A DNA stretch of 64,000 nucleotides from Candidatus Palauibacter scopulicola (GCF_947581915.1 NZ_CANPWG010000065.1:161181-225180), one strand, 5' to 3'; shown: positions 28,045-38,723, numbered from the stretch's first letter. Notes: generated from the letters alone by a model not told the origin. A program made the numbers and translations.

Positions 28045-29789
28045 GCGAGGTTGTTCACGGGATCGGCGCCGCGCCGGGGCGCGCGCTCGGCGTGGTTCAG
28101 CGGATCGAGCGTCACGAGTGGCGGCCGGAGCACCGGACGATCCCCGCCGATGCCGTCGAGCGCGAGGTCGCGCGTTTCGAGGAGGCGCTGGCCTGGGCCG
28201 CCGACCGCGTCCGGGATACGCGCGAGCAGGCCGCGCGTTCGCTGGGCGAGGTCGAAGCGAACATCTTCGATCCGCAGATTCTCATCCTCTCGGACCCGGA
28301 CCTCGTCGCGGGCACGATCCGCTATATCCGGGAAAACTTCCTCTCCGCGGAGCGCGCCTTCGACTGGCGCCTGACCGAACTTCGGACGGCGATCATCGAT
28401 GCGGGGCACTTCATGGTCGTCGACCGGCTGGCCGACCTGCGAGACATCCGGTCTCGCGTCCTCGCGCGGCTCACCGGGCGCAGCGAAGACCCGCTCGCCC
28501 TTCCGAAGGAGCCCGGGCTCATCGCCGTCGACGACCTCACGCCCAGCTTCGCGGTGCGTCTCGACCCGGCACTCGTCCTTGGCGTGGCGAGCGGATCGGG
28601 GTCGCGGACCTCGCACAGCACGCTGGTTGCTCGCTCTCTGGGCATTCCGGCGGTCGTCGGACTCGGCGCCGACCTCGCGAAGATCGAAGACGGGACGACC
28701 GTTCTCCTCGACGGAGGCAACGGTCGCGTCCTGATCGAGCCCACGGAGGCGGAGAAGGCGGCACACGTGCGGATGGTCCGCCGGCTTTCAGCACGTCCCG
28801 CCGCCGACCTCACGCCCGAATCCGCGCCTCTGCTGACGGCGGACGGAGTCCGCGTCCATCTTCGCGCCAACATCGATCAGCCGCACGATGTGCCGGCGGC
28901 CCGGCGCGTGGGGGCAGAAGGGGTCGGGCTCTTCCGATCCGAATTCCTCGTCATCGGACGGAGGGTGATTCCAAGCGAGGAAGAGCAGTACGAAGCCTAC
29001 CGCGAGGTCGTGGAGGGGTTTCCGAACGAGCCCGTGACGCTCCGGACGTTCGATATCGGCGGCGACAAGTTCCCGCTCTTTCTCGACCTTCCTCCGGAGG
29101 AAAACCCCTACCTGGGCTGGCGTGCCATCCGTGTGTGCCTGGACCGGCCGCAGCTCTTCCGCAACCAGTTGCGCGCCGCGATCCGCGCCGGAGGGCCGGA
29201 GGCCCGCATGCGGATCCTCGTCCCCTTCGTCATCTGCGAAACCGAGATCCTGCGCACGAAGGAAATCGTGGCGGAAGTCGGACGCGAGCTGGGTCAGGCG
29301 GAACCCGCCCCCTTCGGTGTGATGGTGGAGACGCCCGCCCTTGCCGACACGCTCGATCTCGTGGGGCGGCACCTCGATTTCATCAGTCTCGGCACGAACG
29401 ACCTGACGCAGTATGCGCTCGCCGTGGACCGCGGCAACGCCCGGCTCCAGCACCTCTCGAACCCCATGCACCCCGCGCTCATCCGCAGCTACGAGCGGAT
29501 CTTCAACACGGCCAGCGCCCTCGACCTCGACATCGGCGTCTGCGGAGACCTGGCCGCGGAACCGGTGGGACTCGCCCTCCTGCTCGGCCTCGGCTATCGG
29601 GATTTCAGTCTCGCGCCCGCGTCGATCCCCGAAGTGAGGGAACTCGTGGGACTCCTGTCCGTGGCCGAGCTGTCGGAACTCTGGAGCCGGGTCGGTCGTG
29701 CCGGCTCGCCCTCCGGGATGCCCGGCGAACTCCTCGCGCGGCTTGAGGACGCGATTCCGGTGGAGCCGTCGCCGCTGTACATGTCCTGA
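28041..29789 (+). CDS. ptsI: phosphoenolpyruvate--protein phosphotransferase (Enzyme I)
   Basis: [22 protein letters not shown] (active His), [15 protein letters not shown]; 582 aa. Confidence 0.92.
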   Translation: MSEVVHGIGAAPGRALGVVQRIERHEWRPEHRTIPADAVEREVARFEEALAWAADRVRDTREQAARSLGEVEANIFDPQILILSDPDLVAGTIRYIRENFLSAERAFDWRLTELRTAIIDAGHFMVVDRLADLRDIRSRVLARLTGRSEDPLALPKEPGLIAVDDLTPSFAVRLDPALVLGVASGSGSRTSHSTLVARSLGIPAVVGLGADLAKIEDGTTVLLDGGNGRVLIEPTEAEKAAHVRMVRRLSARPAADLTPESAPLLTADGVRVHLRANIDQPHDVPAARRVGAEGVGLFRSEFLVIGRRVIPSEEEQYEAYREVVEGFPNEPVTLRTFDIGGDKFPLFLDLPPEENPYLGWRAIRVCLDRPQLFRNQLRAAIRAGGPEARMRILVPFVICETEILRTKEIVAEVGRELGQAEPAPFGVMVETPALADTLDLVGRHLDFISLGTNDLTQYALAVDRGNARLQHLSNPMHPALIRSYERIFNTASALDLDIGVCGDLAAEPVGLALLLGLGYRDFSLAPASIPEVRELVGLLSVAELSELWSRVGRAGSPSGMPGELLARLEDAIPVEPSPLYMS

Positions 29790-29895
29790 TCACGCGGCGG
29801 CGACGTTGCCTCCGCCCGCCCGCGCGGCCACTATCTTGGCCGCTACGCCTCCTGCGGCGCTCCGCCGCGAACCTCGAAGTGGGAGAATCAGCCTC

Positions 29896-31038
29896 GTGAA
29901 GGGGATACAACCGTTTTCCTCCGAATCCGTGACCGAGGGACACCCCGACAAGGTCGCGGACCAGATTTCCGACGCAGTACTCGACGGCATCCTCGCGGAG
30001 GATGACCGGGGCCGGGTCGCATGCGAGACGCTCGTGACGACGGGCCTCGTCCTCGTGACCGGCGAGATCACCACGGCCGCCGGGATCGACATCGCGGCCA
30101 TCGCCCGGGAAGTGCTGCGCGACATCGGCTACACGCGCGCCGAGCACGGAATCCGGTGGGACACGTGCAGCGTGCTGACCGCGGTCGACGAGCAGTCGCC
30201 GGACATCGCCCAGGGGGTGAATGTCGGCGGGGCCGGAGATCAGGGGATGATGTTCGGATACGCGACGGACGAGACGCCGCAGCTGATGCCCCTTCCGATC
30301 ATGCTGGCGCACGCGCTGGCGAAGCGCCTGGCCGACGTACGGAGATCCGGGGGGATCGCGTGGCTGCGGCCGGACGGGAAGGCGCAGGTATCCGTCGAAT
30401 ACCGGGACGGCGAACCGGCCCGGATCACCACCGTGGTCGTCTCGGCCCAGCACGACGGCGACATCGCGCCGGATGAGATCGAAGCGGCGATCAGGGAACA
30501 GGTCATCGGGCCCGTGCTGCCGGGCGAGCTCTACGACGAAGGCCGGGCGCAGTGCCACATCAACCCCACGGGTCGTTTCGAGATCGGCGGACCGCAGGGC
30601 GATGCGGGCCTCACGGGGCGAAAGATCATCGTGGACACCTACGGAGGCGTGGGCCGGCACGGGGGCGGCGCCTTCTCGGGGAAGGATCCGTCGAAGGTCG
30701 ACCGCTCGGCGGCATACGCGGCGCGGTGGATCGCCAAGAACCTCGTCGCGGCGGAACTCGCCCGACGGGCCGAAGTCCAGCTCGCCTACGCCATCGGGGT
30801 CGATGAGCCCGTCAGCGTGAGGGTCGACACTTTCGGCACGGGGCGCCGGCCGGACGACGAACTCGCCGGCCGGGTGACGGAAGTGTTCGACCTTCGGCCG
30901 CGCGCGATCATCGAGCGGCTCGGACTCCGGAAACCGATCTACCGCCGGACCGCCGCTTACGGGCACTTCGGCCGCGAGCCCGAAGGCGATGCGTTCACGT
31001 GGGAGAGAACCGATCGAACCGATGCCCTCGCCGGCTGA
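29896..31038 (+). CDS. metK: S-adenosylmethionine synthetase
   Basis: [36 protein letters not shown] and [19 protein letters not shown]. Start at GTG 29896. Confidence 0.92.
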   Translation: MKGIQPFSSESVTEGHPDKVADQISDAVLDGILAEDDRGRVACETLVTTGLVLVTGEITTAAGIDIAAIAREVLRDIGYTRAEHGIRWDTCSVLTAVDEQSPDIAQGVNVGGAGDQGMMFGYATDETPQLMPLPIMLAHALAKRLADVRRSGGIAWLRPDGKAQVSVEYRDGEPARITTVVVSAQHDGDIAPDEIEAAIREQVIGPVLPGELYDEGRAQCHINPTGRFEIGGPQGDAGLTGRKIIVDTYGGVGRHGGGAFSGKDPSKVDRSAAYAARWIAKNLVAAELARRAEVQLAYAIGVDEPVSVRVDTFGTGRRPDDELAGRVTEVFDLRPRAIIERLGLRKPIYRRTAAYGHFGREPEGDAFTWERTDRTDALAG

Positions 31039-31074
31039 CCCTCTACGTCGGGGCAGGAGGGGGAGGGGGCCGGA

Positions 31075-31614
31075 ATGACGGAGTCCGGGATGCTGGAGGT
31101 CGCCGTGGCCAGCCTTGGACTCGACAAGACGACGGGTGCCCCCGTCGTCATTCTCAGGGAGAAGGACGGCGAGCGCTTCCTCCCGATCTGGATCGGACCC
31201 GGCGAAGCTTCGGCCATCGCGATGGAACTCGCCGGAGTCCAGTTCACGCGTCCCCTCACGCACGATCTCTTCAACGCCGTGGTGCGCGGGCTGGACAGCA
31301 CCTTCGTCCGCGTACTCATCACGAAGGTGGTCGACAACACCTACTACGCGTCGCTCGTGTTCCGGCGAGAGGACGAGTTCATCTCCATCGACGCCCGTCC
31401 CAGCGACAGCATCGCGCTGGCGCTGCGAGCCGGCGTCCCGATTCATGCGGCGGAGAGCCTCCTCGAGGCGAGCGCGTTCGAGATCGACGAGACCGGAGTG
31501 GCCGAGGGGGAAGCGCCACCTCCCGGAACCGGGCCCTCCCGGGCCCCCGAAGAGCCGCTGAGCGACTACCTCAAGGGGCTTGACCCGGAGGACTTCGGTC
31601 GCTTCGAGCCCTGA
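31075..31614 (+). CDS. bifunctional nuclease family protein (BFN/DUF151)
   Basis: PVVILREKDGERFLPIWIGPGEASAIAMEL..RPLTHDL..., the DUF151 nuclease pattern. Confidence 0.7.
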   Translation: MTESGMLEVAVASLGLDKTTGAPVVILREKDGERFLPIWIGPGEASAIAMELAGVQFTRPLTHDLFNAVVRGLDSTFVRVLITKVVDNTYYASLVFRREDEFISIDARPSDSIALALRAGVPIHAAESLLEASAFEIDETGVAEGEAPPPGTGPSRAPEEPLSDYLKGLDPEDFGRFEP

Positions 31615-31868
31615 ACGACGCTACAACGGGGAGCCGTTTCCCGTGCGTGGCGGGGAGGCGGCGAGCGGCGCGTCGTCGCCGATGGAGGTCCTCCAAACGT
31701 TGTTCTGGCGGAAGCTCGCCGGACCCGAACGGGCGGAGCGGCGTCCGCTTGCCGTGCACCACCCGCGAGCGGACCTTGCCGGGAAGCACCGAACCGCCGG
31801 GGTGCCGGCGGCTCCCGGTCGGCGAACGGTCGCGGGCCGCACAGGGTTGGGCATCAGAGGAGCGGATC

Positions 31869-33005
31869 ATGCGGAGACGTAGCTGGACACGGATTGGGGC
31901 GCTGGCGATCGTCGCCGGGTGTGGCGGTTCGAACGGGACGGGGCCGGATAACCCGGGCGTCGTCACGCCCGACCGCTCGGAATTCGCCGTTCTCAACTCC
32001 ATCTCCGGGACCCTGCAGCAGTTCAACCGGATCGGCGGCGCGCTCGTCCCCTTCGGGCGTGACATTCAGCTTGGGGCGGGGTTCAGGGGCGAGACGGCGG
32101 ATTTCATCCAGGATCTCTGGGTGACGGCGTGGGACGCTCCGGAGGGGAGCCAGGTCCTCTTCGGTTCCTTCTCCACCGACGAACGGACGACGGCCGTCTT
32201 TCCGAACAACGCCATCGTGGACCCCGGTAAGCCCACCGTGATCTTCGATGCGGGCGGTACGGTGGGCGCGCTCATTCCCGCCCGGGCGCTGGACGAGGTG
32301 TACGTGGCCTTCCCGGGCACTCCGATGGCGCAGATCGCCGTCGAGGCGGTGGGCACCTTCGTGGAGCGAGTGATCCCGGCCGGGCAGTTCCTCGTCTCCG
32401 CCGACGGCAACCTCGACGACGCGGACGGCGGACGCGAACCCCTCGGCCCGCCCCGCATCGTCCTCCACGAGTTCATCAGCGGCAGCTACTTCGACGAGCT
32501 GAGGCTTCCGGAAGGCACGGTCGGGGTCACCGAAGCCATAGTGCTCGAAGACAACATGCTCCTGCTGGCCGGCGGGGGAGTCGATCCGGCGACCTCCGCC
32601 GGGCTGGGGGACGGGAATCTCGTCGAGATCGACATGTCGGCCCGGAGCGTGCAGGACGTGAACGCCCTCGGCGGAAACGGACTCTCCATGGAGGCCGGGC
32701 GGGACGGGCTCGTCTATGTCGTGCGAACGAAGGGTGTCGACACGGCGGAAACGGACGTGCTGACGTTCAGCTTTGCGGTTCGGTCGTGGATGAACGGGCC
32801 GGAAAACCCGATCCAGCCGCGCGACCGGGACGGCTCGAACCTCAACTGCCGGGTCGCGGCCGGATTCCTTGACGGCCAGATCCTCTGCGCCACCTACGTG
32901 GCCGCGGGCCAGGGACGTCTCGTTCTCCTTTCGGCCGAGGGCGAGTTCATCCACGAGGTGCCGATCGGGGCGGGAACGACCGATATCCTGCTTCGCCCGA
33001 GCTGA
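31869..33005 (+). CDS. hypothetical lipoprotein (secreted, repeat/beta-rich)
   Basis: MRRRSWTRIGALAIVAGCGGS lipoprotein signal at ATG 31869. The 254 nt upstream are in-frame but Arg-rich junk. Confidence 0.5.
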   Translation: MRRRSWTRIGALAIVAGCGGSNGTGPDNPGVVTPDRSEFAVLNSISGTLQQFNRIGGALVPFGRDIQLGAGFRGETADFIQDLWVTAWDAPEGSQVLFGSFSTDERTTAVFPNNAIVDPGKPTVIFDAGGTVGALIPARALDEVYVAFPGTPMAQIAVEAVGTFVERVIPAGQFLVSADGNLDDADGGREPLGPPRIVLHEFISGSYFDELRLPEGTVGVTEAIVLEDNMLLLAGGGVDPATSAGLGDGNLVEIDMSARSVQDVNALGGNGLSMEAGRDGLVYVVRTKGVDTAETDVLTFSFAVRSWMNGPENPIQPRDRDGSNLNCRVAAGFLDGQILCATYVAAGQGRLVLLSAEGEFIHEVPIGAGTTDILLRPS

Positions 33006-33032
33006 CCGCGCCCGGGACCGGCAGTCCGCCGA

Positions 33033-33764
33033 GTGGGACTCGTAACGACCCGGGCGGTGGTCCTCCAAACGTACCGGTACAGCGAAACCAGCAAGATCCT
33101 GCGCCTGATGACGTGGGAACTCGGCCCCTGCTCAGCGCTCGCCCGCGGGGCGCTGCGTCCTCGAAGCCGCTTCGGCGGCCTGCTGGAGCCTTTCGTGGAG
33201 GGGGAGGCGACCTTCTACAGCCGGGAGGGACGCGACCTGCATACCCTCTCCAACTTCGAACTCCTCCGCGACCGGCGGGGCATCGACCGTTCGATCGAAC
33301 TCTTCACGATCGCATCCGTGCTCTGCGAACTCGTGATGCGCCTCGCCCCGGAGCACAGCGATGCGGAGCTGTACCGCACGCTGACAAAGGGTCTCGACGG
33401 GCTCCACCGCCGGGTCCGGGAAAGGGCGTCGGCCGGCGGCCTCGAGTACGTCTGGGGTGTGGTCAGCGCCCTGGGGTTCCGCCCGGAGATCGAACGTTGC
33501 GTCGGTTGCCGGAATCCCATCGGAGCCGCGGGCGCGCGCTTCGACTTCGAGGCCGGCGGGCTTCGCTGCGCCTCGTGCGGTCCGATAGGGCCCGAACTTG
33601 ATCCGGGGGAGCTCAATGCCCTTCGGATCCTCGTGTCCGGCGGGCCGGCGGAACGGAGCCGCGCCAACGGCCGCCAGGGCCGCTGGCTGGCCGAGTTCAT
33701 CCGGCACCACGTGGCGGAGGGGGCGCAGTTGAAGTCTCTGCCTTTTCTGAGTCGGCTGGACTGA
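33033..33764 (+). CDS. recO: DNA repair protein RecO
   Basis: N-terminal OB fold (AVVLQTYRYSETSKILRLMT) plus a C-terminal Cys4 zinc motif (CVGCRNP...CASCGP). Confidence 0.85.
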   Translation: MGLVTTRAVVLQTYRYSETSKILRLMTWELGPCSALARGALRPRSRFGGLLEPFVEGEATFYSREGRDLHTLSNFELLRDRRGIDRSIELFTIASVLCELVMRLAPEHSDAELYRTLTKGLDGLHRRVRERASAGGLEYVWGVVSALGFRPEIERCVGCRNPIGAAGARFDFEAGGLRCASCGPIGPELDPGELNALRILVSGGPAERSRANGRQGRWLAEFIRHHVAEGAQLKSLPFLSRLD

Positions 33765-33793
33765 ACGGCCCGTGAAGAACCGGTGAAGACACG

Positions 33794-35704
33794 GTGAGCG
33801 AGGGCGCGAGCGATCGGCGCGGGATCGTGATCGGGACGGCTGGCCACGTGGATCACGGCAAGACCGCCCTCGTGCGGGCGTTGACGGGGATCGAGACGGA
33901 TCGCTGGCTGGAGGAGCAAAAGCGGGGGCTCACGATAGACCTGGGCTTCGCGCGGCTCGACCTCGACCCCGGCCTGGAGACGGGAGTCGTCGACGTCCCG
34001 GGACACGAGGATTTTCTCAAGAACATGCTCGCCGGGGCCACGGGCATCGATGTCCTCCTCCTGGTCGTGGCGGCCGACGAGGGCCCGATGCCTCAGACGC
34101 ACGAGCACCTCGCGATCGCGCGTCTTCTGAACGTCCGGCGCGGGGTCGTCGCGCTCACGAAGCGGGACCGGGTCGATGAGGACTGGCTCGAACTCGCGAG
34201 CGAAACGACCCGGGAACTGCTGGACGAAGACCCCGCCCGGGCGTCGTGGGAGATCGTACCGGTCTCCGCCCTGACGGGCGAAGGGATCGAACCGCTGCGA
34301 GCCGCGCTGCGCAGGTCGACCGCGGAAATCCGCGCGCGCAGCGTCGAAGACCGCTTTCGGCTCCCGGTCGACCGGTCCTTCTCCATCCGGGGCACGGGTA
34401 CCGTGGTGACCGGCACGGTATGGAGCGGATCCGTCGGCGTGGGCGACACCGTGCGCATCTTCCCGGGGGGCGGCTCGGCCCGCGTGCGCGCGCTCCAGGT
34501 GCATGAAGACCCGCGTCGCCGCGTCGCCGCCGGCCGCCGGTGCGCCGTCGCGCTCGTCGGCGTTGCGCCGGCTGCGGTGGCGCGGGGCAGCGTGCTGGTG
34601 GATCCGTCCGAGTGGGGGTCGAGCGAGCGTCTCGGCGTCCGTGTACGGGCGCTCGGGAGCCGCGACCGGCCCCTCCGGCACGGACAGCGCCTGAGGGTCT
34701 ACCTCGGCACCCGCGAGGTCATGGCCCGACTGCAGACGGCCGATCGCCAGCCCGTCGCGCCCGGAGCGACCGCCTGGGCCGTGCTGGCCCTCGAGGCGCC
34801 GCTCCTCGCCCGGACCCGCGATCGGGCCATCCTCCGCTTTTATTCGCCGGTGACGACGATCGGCGGGATCCGCGTGGCGGAACTGAACCCGCCGCCCGAC
34901 TGGCCGGCGCGGACGGGAGCCTGGCGGCGCATTCTCGACGGCGCCCCGGCGGAAGCGATCGCCGCCGCCGTCGCCCTGGAGGGCCTGCGCGGGCTTCCCG
35001 TCGCGACATCATCGATCCTCCTCGGCCGGCGCGCCCCCACGCTCGAGACGGCCGCGGAGGAGGCCGGCTGCGTGCACATCGGCGACCGCTGGTTCGCCGC
35101 CGACGCCGTGACCGAGGCCATGGAAGCCGTGGAGCAGAGCGTGACCCGTCTCCACGCCGCGGATCGCCGCGCCCCCGGCGTGTCGAAAGAGGCCGTGCGC
35201 TCCGCGATGGCGCCGTTCTGCGACCTCGAACTGGCGGAGACCGCCGTACGTCGCCTCCTCGCCGGTCGTGGCCTCCTTGAGAGCGGGCCGCGGCTGGCTC
35301 TTCCGGGCCATGCCCCCCGCCTCACCGCGCAGGAGGAGGAGGGGCGCGCGCAACTCGCCGGGACGATAGAAGCCGCCGGTCTGCAGCCACCGCTCGTCAC
35401 GGAGTTGGGGAAGAAGCTGCGCCTGGACCGCGCCGTGCTCGACGACCTCCTCCGGCTGTTGCAGGAGTCCGGCCTGACGAAGGCGGTCACGCCCGAGCTG
35501 CACGTCGCCGTCGGGGCACTGGAGACGATGGAGGCGCGAGTGCGAGAGCTTCTCGCCGATGCCGCGCCGGTCCCTCCCGCGCGGTTCAAGGAGACGTTCG
35601 GGCTCTCCCGGAAGTACCTGATCCCGCTCCTCGAGTACCTGGACCGGGAGGGCGTGACGCGGCGAACCGCGAAAGGGAGGGTCCTCGCCCGCCCCGCCGA
35701 CTAG
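33794..35704 (+). CDS. selB: selenocysteine-specific translation elongation factor SelB
   Basis: EF-Tu-like GTPase ([31 protein letters not shown]-like TKRD) followed by ~300 aa of winged-helix C-terminal extension; 636 aa. Confidence 0.9.
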   Translation: MSEGASDRRGIVIGTAGHVDHGKTALVRALTGIETDRWLEEQKRGLTIDLGFARLDLDPGLETGVVDVPGHEDFLKNMLAGATGIDVLLLVVAADEGPMPQTHEHLAIARLLNVRRGVVALTKRDRVDEDWLELASETTRELLDEDPARASWEIVPVSALTGEGIEPLRAALRRSTAEIRARSVEDRFRLPVDRSFSIRGTGTVVTGTVWSGSVGVGDTVRIFPGGGSARVRALQVHEDPRRRVAAGRRCAVALVGVAPAAVARGSVLVDPSEWGSSERLGVRVRALGSRDRPLRHGQRLRVYLGTREVMARLQTADRQPVAPGATAWAVLALEAPLLARTRDRAILRFYSPVTTIGGIRVAELNPPPDWPARTGAWRRILDGAPAEAIAAAVALEGLRGLPVATSSILLGRRAPTLETAAEEAGCVHIGDRWFAADAVTEAMEAVEQSVTRLHAADRRAPGVSKEAVRSAMAPFCDLELAETAVRRLLAGRGLLESGPRLALPGHAPRLTAQEEEGRAQLAGTIEAAGLQPPLVTELGKKLRLDRAVLDDLLRLLQESGLTKAVTPELHVAVGALETMEARVRELLADAAPVPPARFKETFGLSRKYLIPLLEYLDREGVTRRTAKGRVLARPAD

Positions 35705-35731
35705 CAGTCCGTGGCTGCCGGCAGTCCGGGT

Positions 35732-36088
35732 TCAGCCGACGTGGTAGAGGAAGCAGCCGCAGTACTCGCACGATTCGACGCGGAGATTCCGATCCGCCTC
35801 GGAGGCGCGAGCCGTCGAAACCGCCACGAAGCAGCCGTAGCAGATGCCGTTGATGACGGGTGCGACGACGCGCGGCGCCTTGTCGGCGATGCGGCGGTAG
35901 CGCTCCTGGATCCCCCGCGTCAGCCTCTGCGCCAGTTCCTCGACCTTCTCGTCGAGCAATCGGATCGCGTCTTCGATCTTCACGTCGAAGACATCCGCCT
36001 CGAGGTCCGTCAGCGTTCCGTCCGAGAGACCTCGACGCTGCATCCGCAGGTCCTGAATCTCAAGGAGGAGTTCGAGTTGCTGGTCCAC
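35732..36088 (-). CDS. zinc-ribbon domain protein (COG1579-like, C4 zinc ribbon preceded by coiled coil)
   Basis: C-terminal CYGCFV...CEYCGC. GTG start overlaps the ptsN stop by 1 nt (TAGTG). Confidence 0.6.
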   Translation of the reverse strand: MDQQLELLLEIQDLRMQRRGLSDGTLTDLEADVFDVKIEDAIRLLDEKVEELAQRLTRGIQERYRRIADKAPRVVAPVINGICYGCFVAVSTARASEADRNLRVESCEYCGCFLYHVG

Positions 36089-36540
36089 TAGAGACCCTTC
36101 GCATCGAGCAACTCGATGAACTGGTCGGGACTCGAGATTTCAGCGAGCAATTCCGGCACGTCGGCCTCCTTGCCGAACTGCGCGATCTTCCCCAGCACCG
36201 GGAGATACTGATTCGAGACCTCGAGCGGCGGTGCGACGATGAGGAAGACGTACCGAACGGGCTTTTCGTCGATCGCCTTGAAGTCGAGACCCGAGAGCTT
36301 TCGGCCGAATGCAACCCTCAACCGGGTCACGACGAGCGAACGGCAGTGGGGGATCGCGATGCCGCGGCCGATCCCGGTCGAGCCGAGATTTTCCCGCCGC
36401 TTCAACATCTTGTAGAGGATTCCTTCAGACTTTCCGTCGAGACCCATACACGACACAAGTTCCTTCAGGGCCTCATCCTTCGTCTCCGCCGCCAGGTCGA
36501 GCTTGATGGCGGACGGAACGAACAGTTCTCGAAGCTGCAC
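36088..36540 (-). CDS. ptsN: PTS IIA-Ntr-type regulatory protein (PTS EIIA type-2 domain)
   Basis: GIAIPHCR (active His) in an EIIA-2 fold; 150 aa. Confidence 0.8.
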   Translation of the reverse strand: MQLRELFVPSAIKLDLAAETKDEALKELVSCMGLDGKSEGILYKMLKRRENLGSTGIGRGIAIPHCRSLVVTRLRVAFGRKLSGLDFKAIDEKPVRYVFLIVAPPLEVSNQYLPVLGKIAQFGKEADVPELLAEISSPDQFIELLDAKGL

Positions 36541-36733
36541 TTGGATCTATGTCTCCTCCCCGCGAACGCGGGGCGCATATCGAATCAACGGGAACCGGCG
36601 CCGCCGGACCCGGCAAACTCCGAGTATACCCGTGCCGGTTTCCGGCTGTCAAAAGAACTCCGGGGCCGCTCCCGGAACTTGCGCCGCACGCCGGGATAAA
36701 CGACCGTGTGGGGTAGCCTTTGCGAGTATTCGG

Positions 36734-37101
36734 GGGGGCGACACGGCTTCGACGCGTGAACCGGAAGCCGCGGAAGCGTGCCGAGGTGCCCGGGGCCTCG
36801 TTAAACACCGGGAAATCTTCAGGTGCCAACAACGGTTTGGCTCTGGCTGCGTAAATCTGCGTAGCCCGTCCCCGAGAGATCCGGGCCCGAGGACCTCCCG
36901 GCGGACGTCGATGAATCGGGCTGGTCGCCCCGGCGCGCCGTGAGCCGCGGGTGACGAGAGCACGGCGAGAGCCGCGTACACGGCTGGTTTCGCAAGGGGT
37001 TGTTCGTGAACCCTCGCGGGATGAGACCTGATCACGGACTACGCACGTAGATGCCGTGGCGGATGGGCTCGCGGACGCGGGTTCGATTCCCGCCGCCTCC
37101 A
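36734..37101 (+). ncRNA. ssrA: tmRNA (transfer-messenger RNA, SsrA)
   Basis: 5' GGGGGCGACACGGCUUCGACG..., 3' T-arm GCGGGUUCGAUUCCCGC, with the acceptor 3' strand CGCCUCC pairing to the 5' GGGGGCG and discriminator A. There is an internal tag ORF ...GCC AAC AAC GGT TTG GCT CTG GCT GCG TAA (ANNGLALAA*) at 36825-36854. Length 368 nt; CCA is not encoded. Confidence 0.85.
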
Positions 37102-37132
37102 CTATTGCGATCGGTGCAGTGCTCCGCCCGGG

Positions 37133-37167
37133 GCGCCTCCCTTTCCGGGAGCGCCTCGGCTTTTTTT
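37133..37167 (+). terminator. putative intrinsic terminator downstream of ssrA
   Basis: GC-rich imperfect hairpin (GCGCCUCCC / GGGAGCGC, loop UUUCC) followed after a short spacer by a T7 run at 37161-37167. Confidence 0.4.
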
Positions 37168-37202
37168 GCGGCCGGCCCGTCAACGGGTCGAGGAGGTTCC
37201 GG

Positions 37203-37670
37203 ATGATCGAAGAACTGCAGCGCAAGATCGGGGACGAAGCGGAGACGCTCCTCCACGAGCTGAACGTCATCCTTCCGAAAGAGATCGAGAAGGCCGTCGC
37301 CCAGGGCGATTTGCGGGAGAACTCCGAGTACACCGCCGCCCTGGAGCGGCAGGGTTTCGTGCGGGCGCGGCTCGACTACCTGGCGCGCCGAATGTCGCAG
37401 CTCGGGGAACTCGATATCGAGAACATCCCGACGGACCGGGTCGGGTTCGGATCGAGAGTTGCGGTGCGCGACCTGGAGGACGACGAGATCGAGTCCTTCA
37501 ACCTCACGATCGGTGACGACGTCGACATCGAGAACAACGACATCTCGATGGAATCGCCCATCGGCCGGGCGCTCCTCGGGAGAAGGAAGGGCGAACTCGT
37601 GAGCGTGAGGCTCCCCGCCGGCGCGCGCGAGTTCGAGGTCGTCGATTTCGAGACGCTCCACGACCTCTAG
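37203..37670 (+). CDS. greA: transcription elongation factor GreA
   Basis: N-terminal coiled coil plus an FKBP-like C-terminus (DRVGFGSRVAVRDLEDDEIESFNLTIG). GAGGAGG RBS 8 nt upstream of ATG 37203. Confidence 0.9.
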   Translation: MIEELQRKIGDEAETLLHELNVILPKEIEKAVAQGDLRENSEYTAALERQGFVRARLDYLARRMSQLGELDIENIPTDRVGFGSRVAVRDLEDDEIESFNLTIGDDVDIENNDISMESPIGRALLGRRKGELVSVRLPAGAREFEVVDFETLHDL

Positions 37671-37700
37671 CACTGCCGGCCCGAAGCCTCCGTCCGGCCG

Positions 37701-38681
37701 CTAGAAGACCCGGATCGGCGGGATGAACTTGCCGGGGTCGGCCCGCACTTCGGCGAGGAACGCGTTCAGGTCCACCACGACCTTGAGGAACTCTTCGTAC
37801 AGCGTCTCGTCGCCGATGAGCTGCCCAACCGCCCCTTCGCCGTCCTCGATAAGACCAAGGATGGTGTTGGCCCGGGTCGCGGACGATGCGATCGCCCGAT
37901 ACAGGGAGTCCGACGCCAGCATCCGCCCGAGCGTCCCTTCGCCGGCCGCCAGCGCCGCCGTCACCGTGTCGAAGCGGGCGGTGGAGGACACGAGGCGGTC
38001 GTACAACTCCGGATCCTCGAGCAGGCGGGCCAGCGAGCCCTCCCCGTCCGCGATCGGTCCCAGCACGGCCGCGAGGTTCTCGTTGAGGTCGACGAGGCCG
38101 TCGTAGAGCGCTTCGTCGACAAGGAGGCGTCCAAGCGAACCCTCGCCGCTCGAGACGCGCTCCAGCGTCGCGGAAAGATCGTTCGAGAGCTGCGTGAGAC
38201 CGAGGACGGCGTCGGCCGCCTGCCCGAGGAGTTCGTCGTAGCTCAGCGCGGGCGCCGTTCCGATGGTGTCTCCCGGAACGAGGACCGCCGAGTCGGGAGA
38301 TCCCGGTTCGATGTCGATGAGACGGTCGCCGAGCAGTCCCTGCGTCCGCACGCGGGCTCGCGAGCCGCGCCGGATCTGCTCGCGGACATCCACGTTGACT
38401 CCGAGCCAGACCGCGACCGCCGCCTCCGAGTCACCGCGCTCCTCCGGTGCGATGAATTCCACGCGCTCAACCTGGCCGACGCCTCGCCCGGCCACCTGGA
38501 CGGGGGCTCCGGGGCGGAGCCCCGACGCGGATTCCATCAGCGCGACAAGCTGATAGCGCTCGCCGAACACGTCCCCGATCCGGCCCACGAACAGCACGCA
38601 CAGCGCGAGCAGGACGAGAGAGACGATGAGGACGAACCCCACGCGCATCTGGTCCCAGGTGATCGGTTCCGACCGTCGCAT
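37701..38681 (-). CDS. mlaD: MCE-family protein MlaD (phospholipid ABC transporter substrate-binding component)
   Basis: N-terminal TM helix plus an MCE domain (YQLVALMESASGLRPGAPVQVAGRGVGQVERVEF), with a C-terminal helical repeat region. Confidence 0.8.
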   Translation of the reverse strand: MRRSEPITWDQMRVGFVLIVSLVLLALCVLFVGRIGDVFGERYQLVALMESASGLRPGAPVQVAGRGVGQVERVEFIAPEERGDSEAAVAVWLGVNVDVREQIRRGSRARVRTQGLLGDRLIDIEPGSPDSAVLVPGDTIGTAPALSYDELLGQAADAVLGLTQLSNDLSATLERVSSGEGSLGRLLVDEALYDGLVDLNENLAAVLGPIADGEGSLARLLEDPELYDRLVSSTARFDTVTAALAAGEGTLGRMLASDSLYRAIASSATRANTILGLIEDGEGAVGQLIGDETLYEEFLKVVVDLNAFLAEVRADPGKFIPPIRVF

Positions 38682-38723
38682 CGTATCCCTGTGCCCCCTG
38701 TCTGACCGGTTGGCGGTCCGTGC

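Noticed and set aside
29790-29895. Possible SAM riboswitch in the 106-nt gap upstream of metK.
   Set aside because: No SAM-I signature was recognisable and the region is too short for SAM-I. A SAM-II/V-type pseudoknot cannot be excluded by eye and would need a covariance-model search (Rfam RF00521/RF01826).
31615-31868. 254-nt gap upstream of the lipoprotein gene that the ORF track translates in-frame (MAGRRRAARRRRWRSSKR...).
   Set aside because: The translation is Arg-rich junk with no start-proximal signal. It is treated as non-coding leader/intergenic, and a small RNA or regulatory element was not demonstrable by eye.
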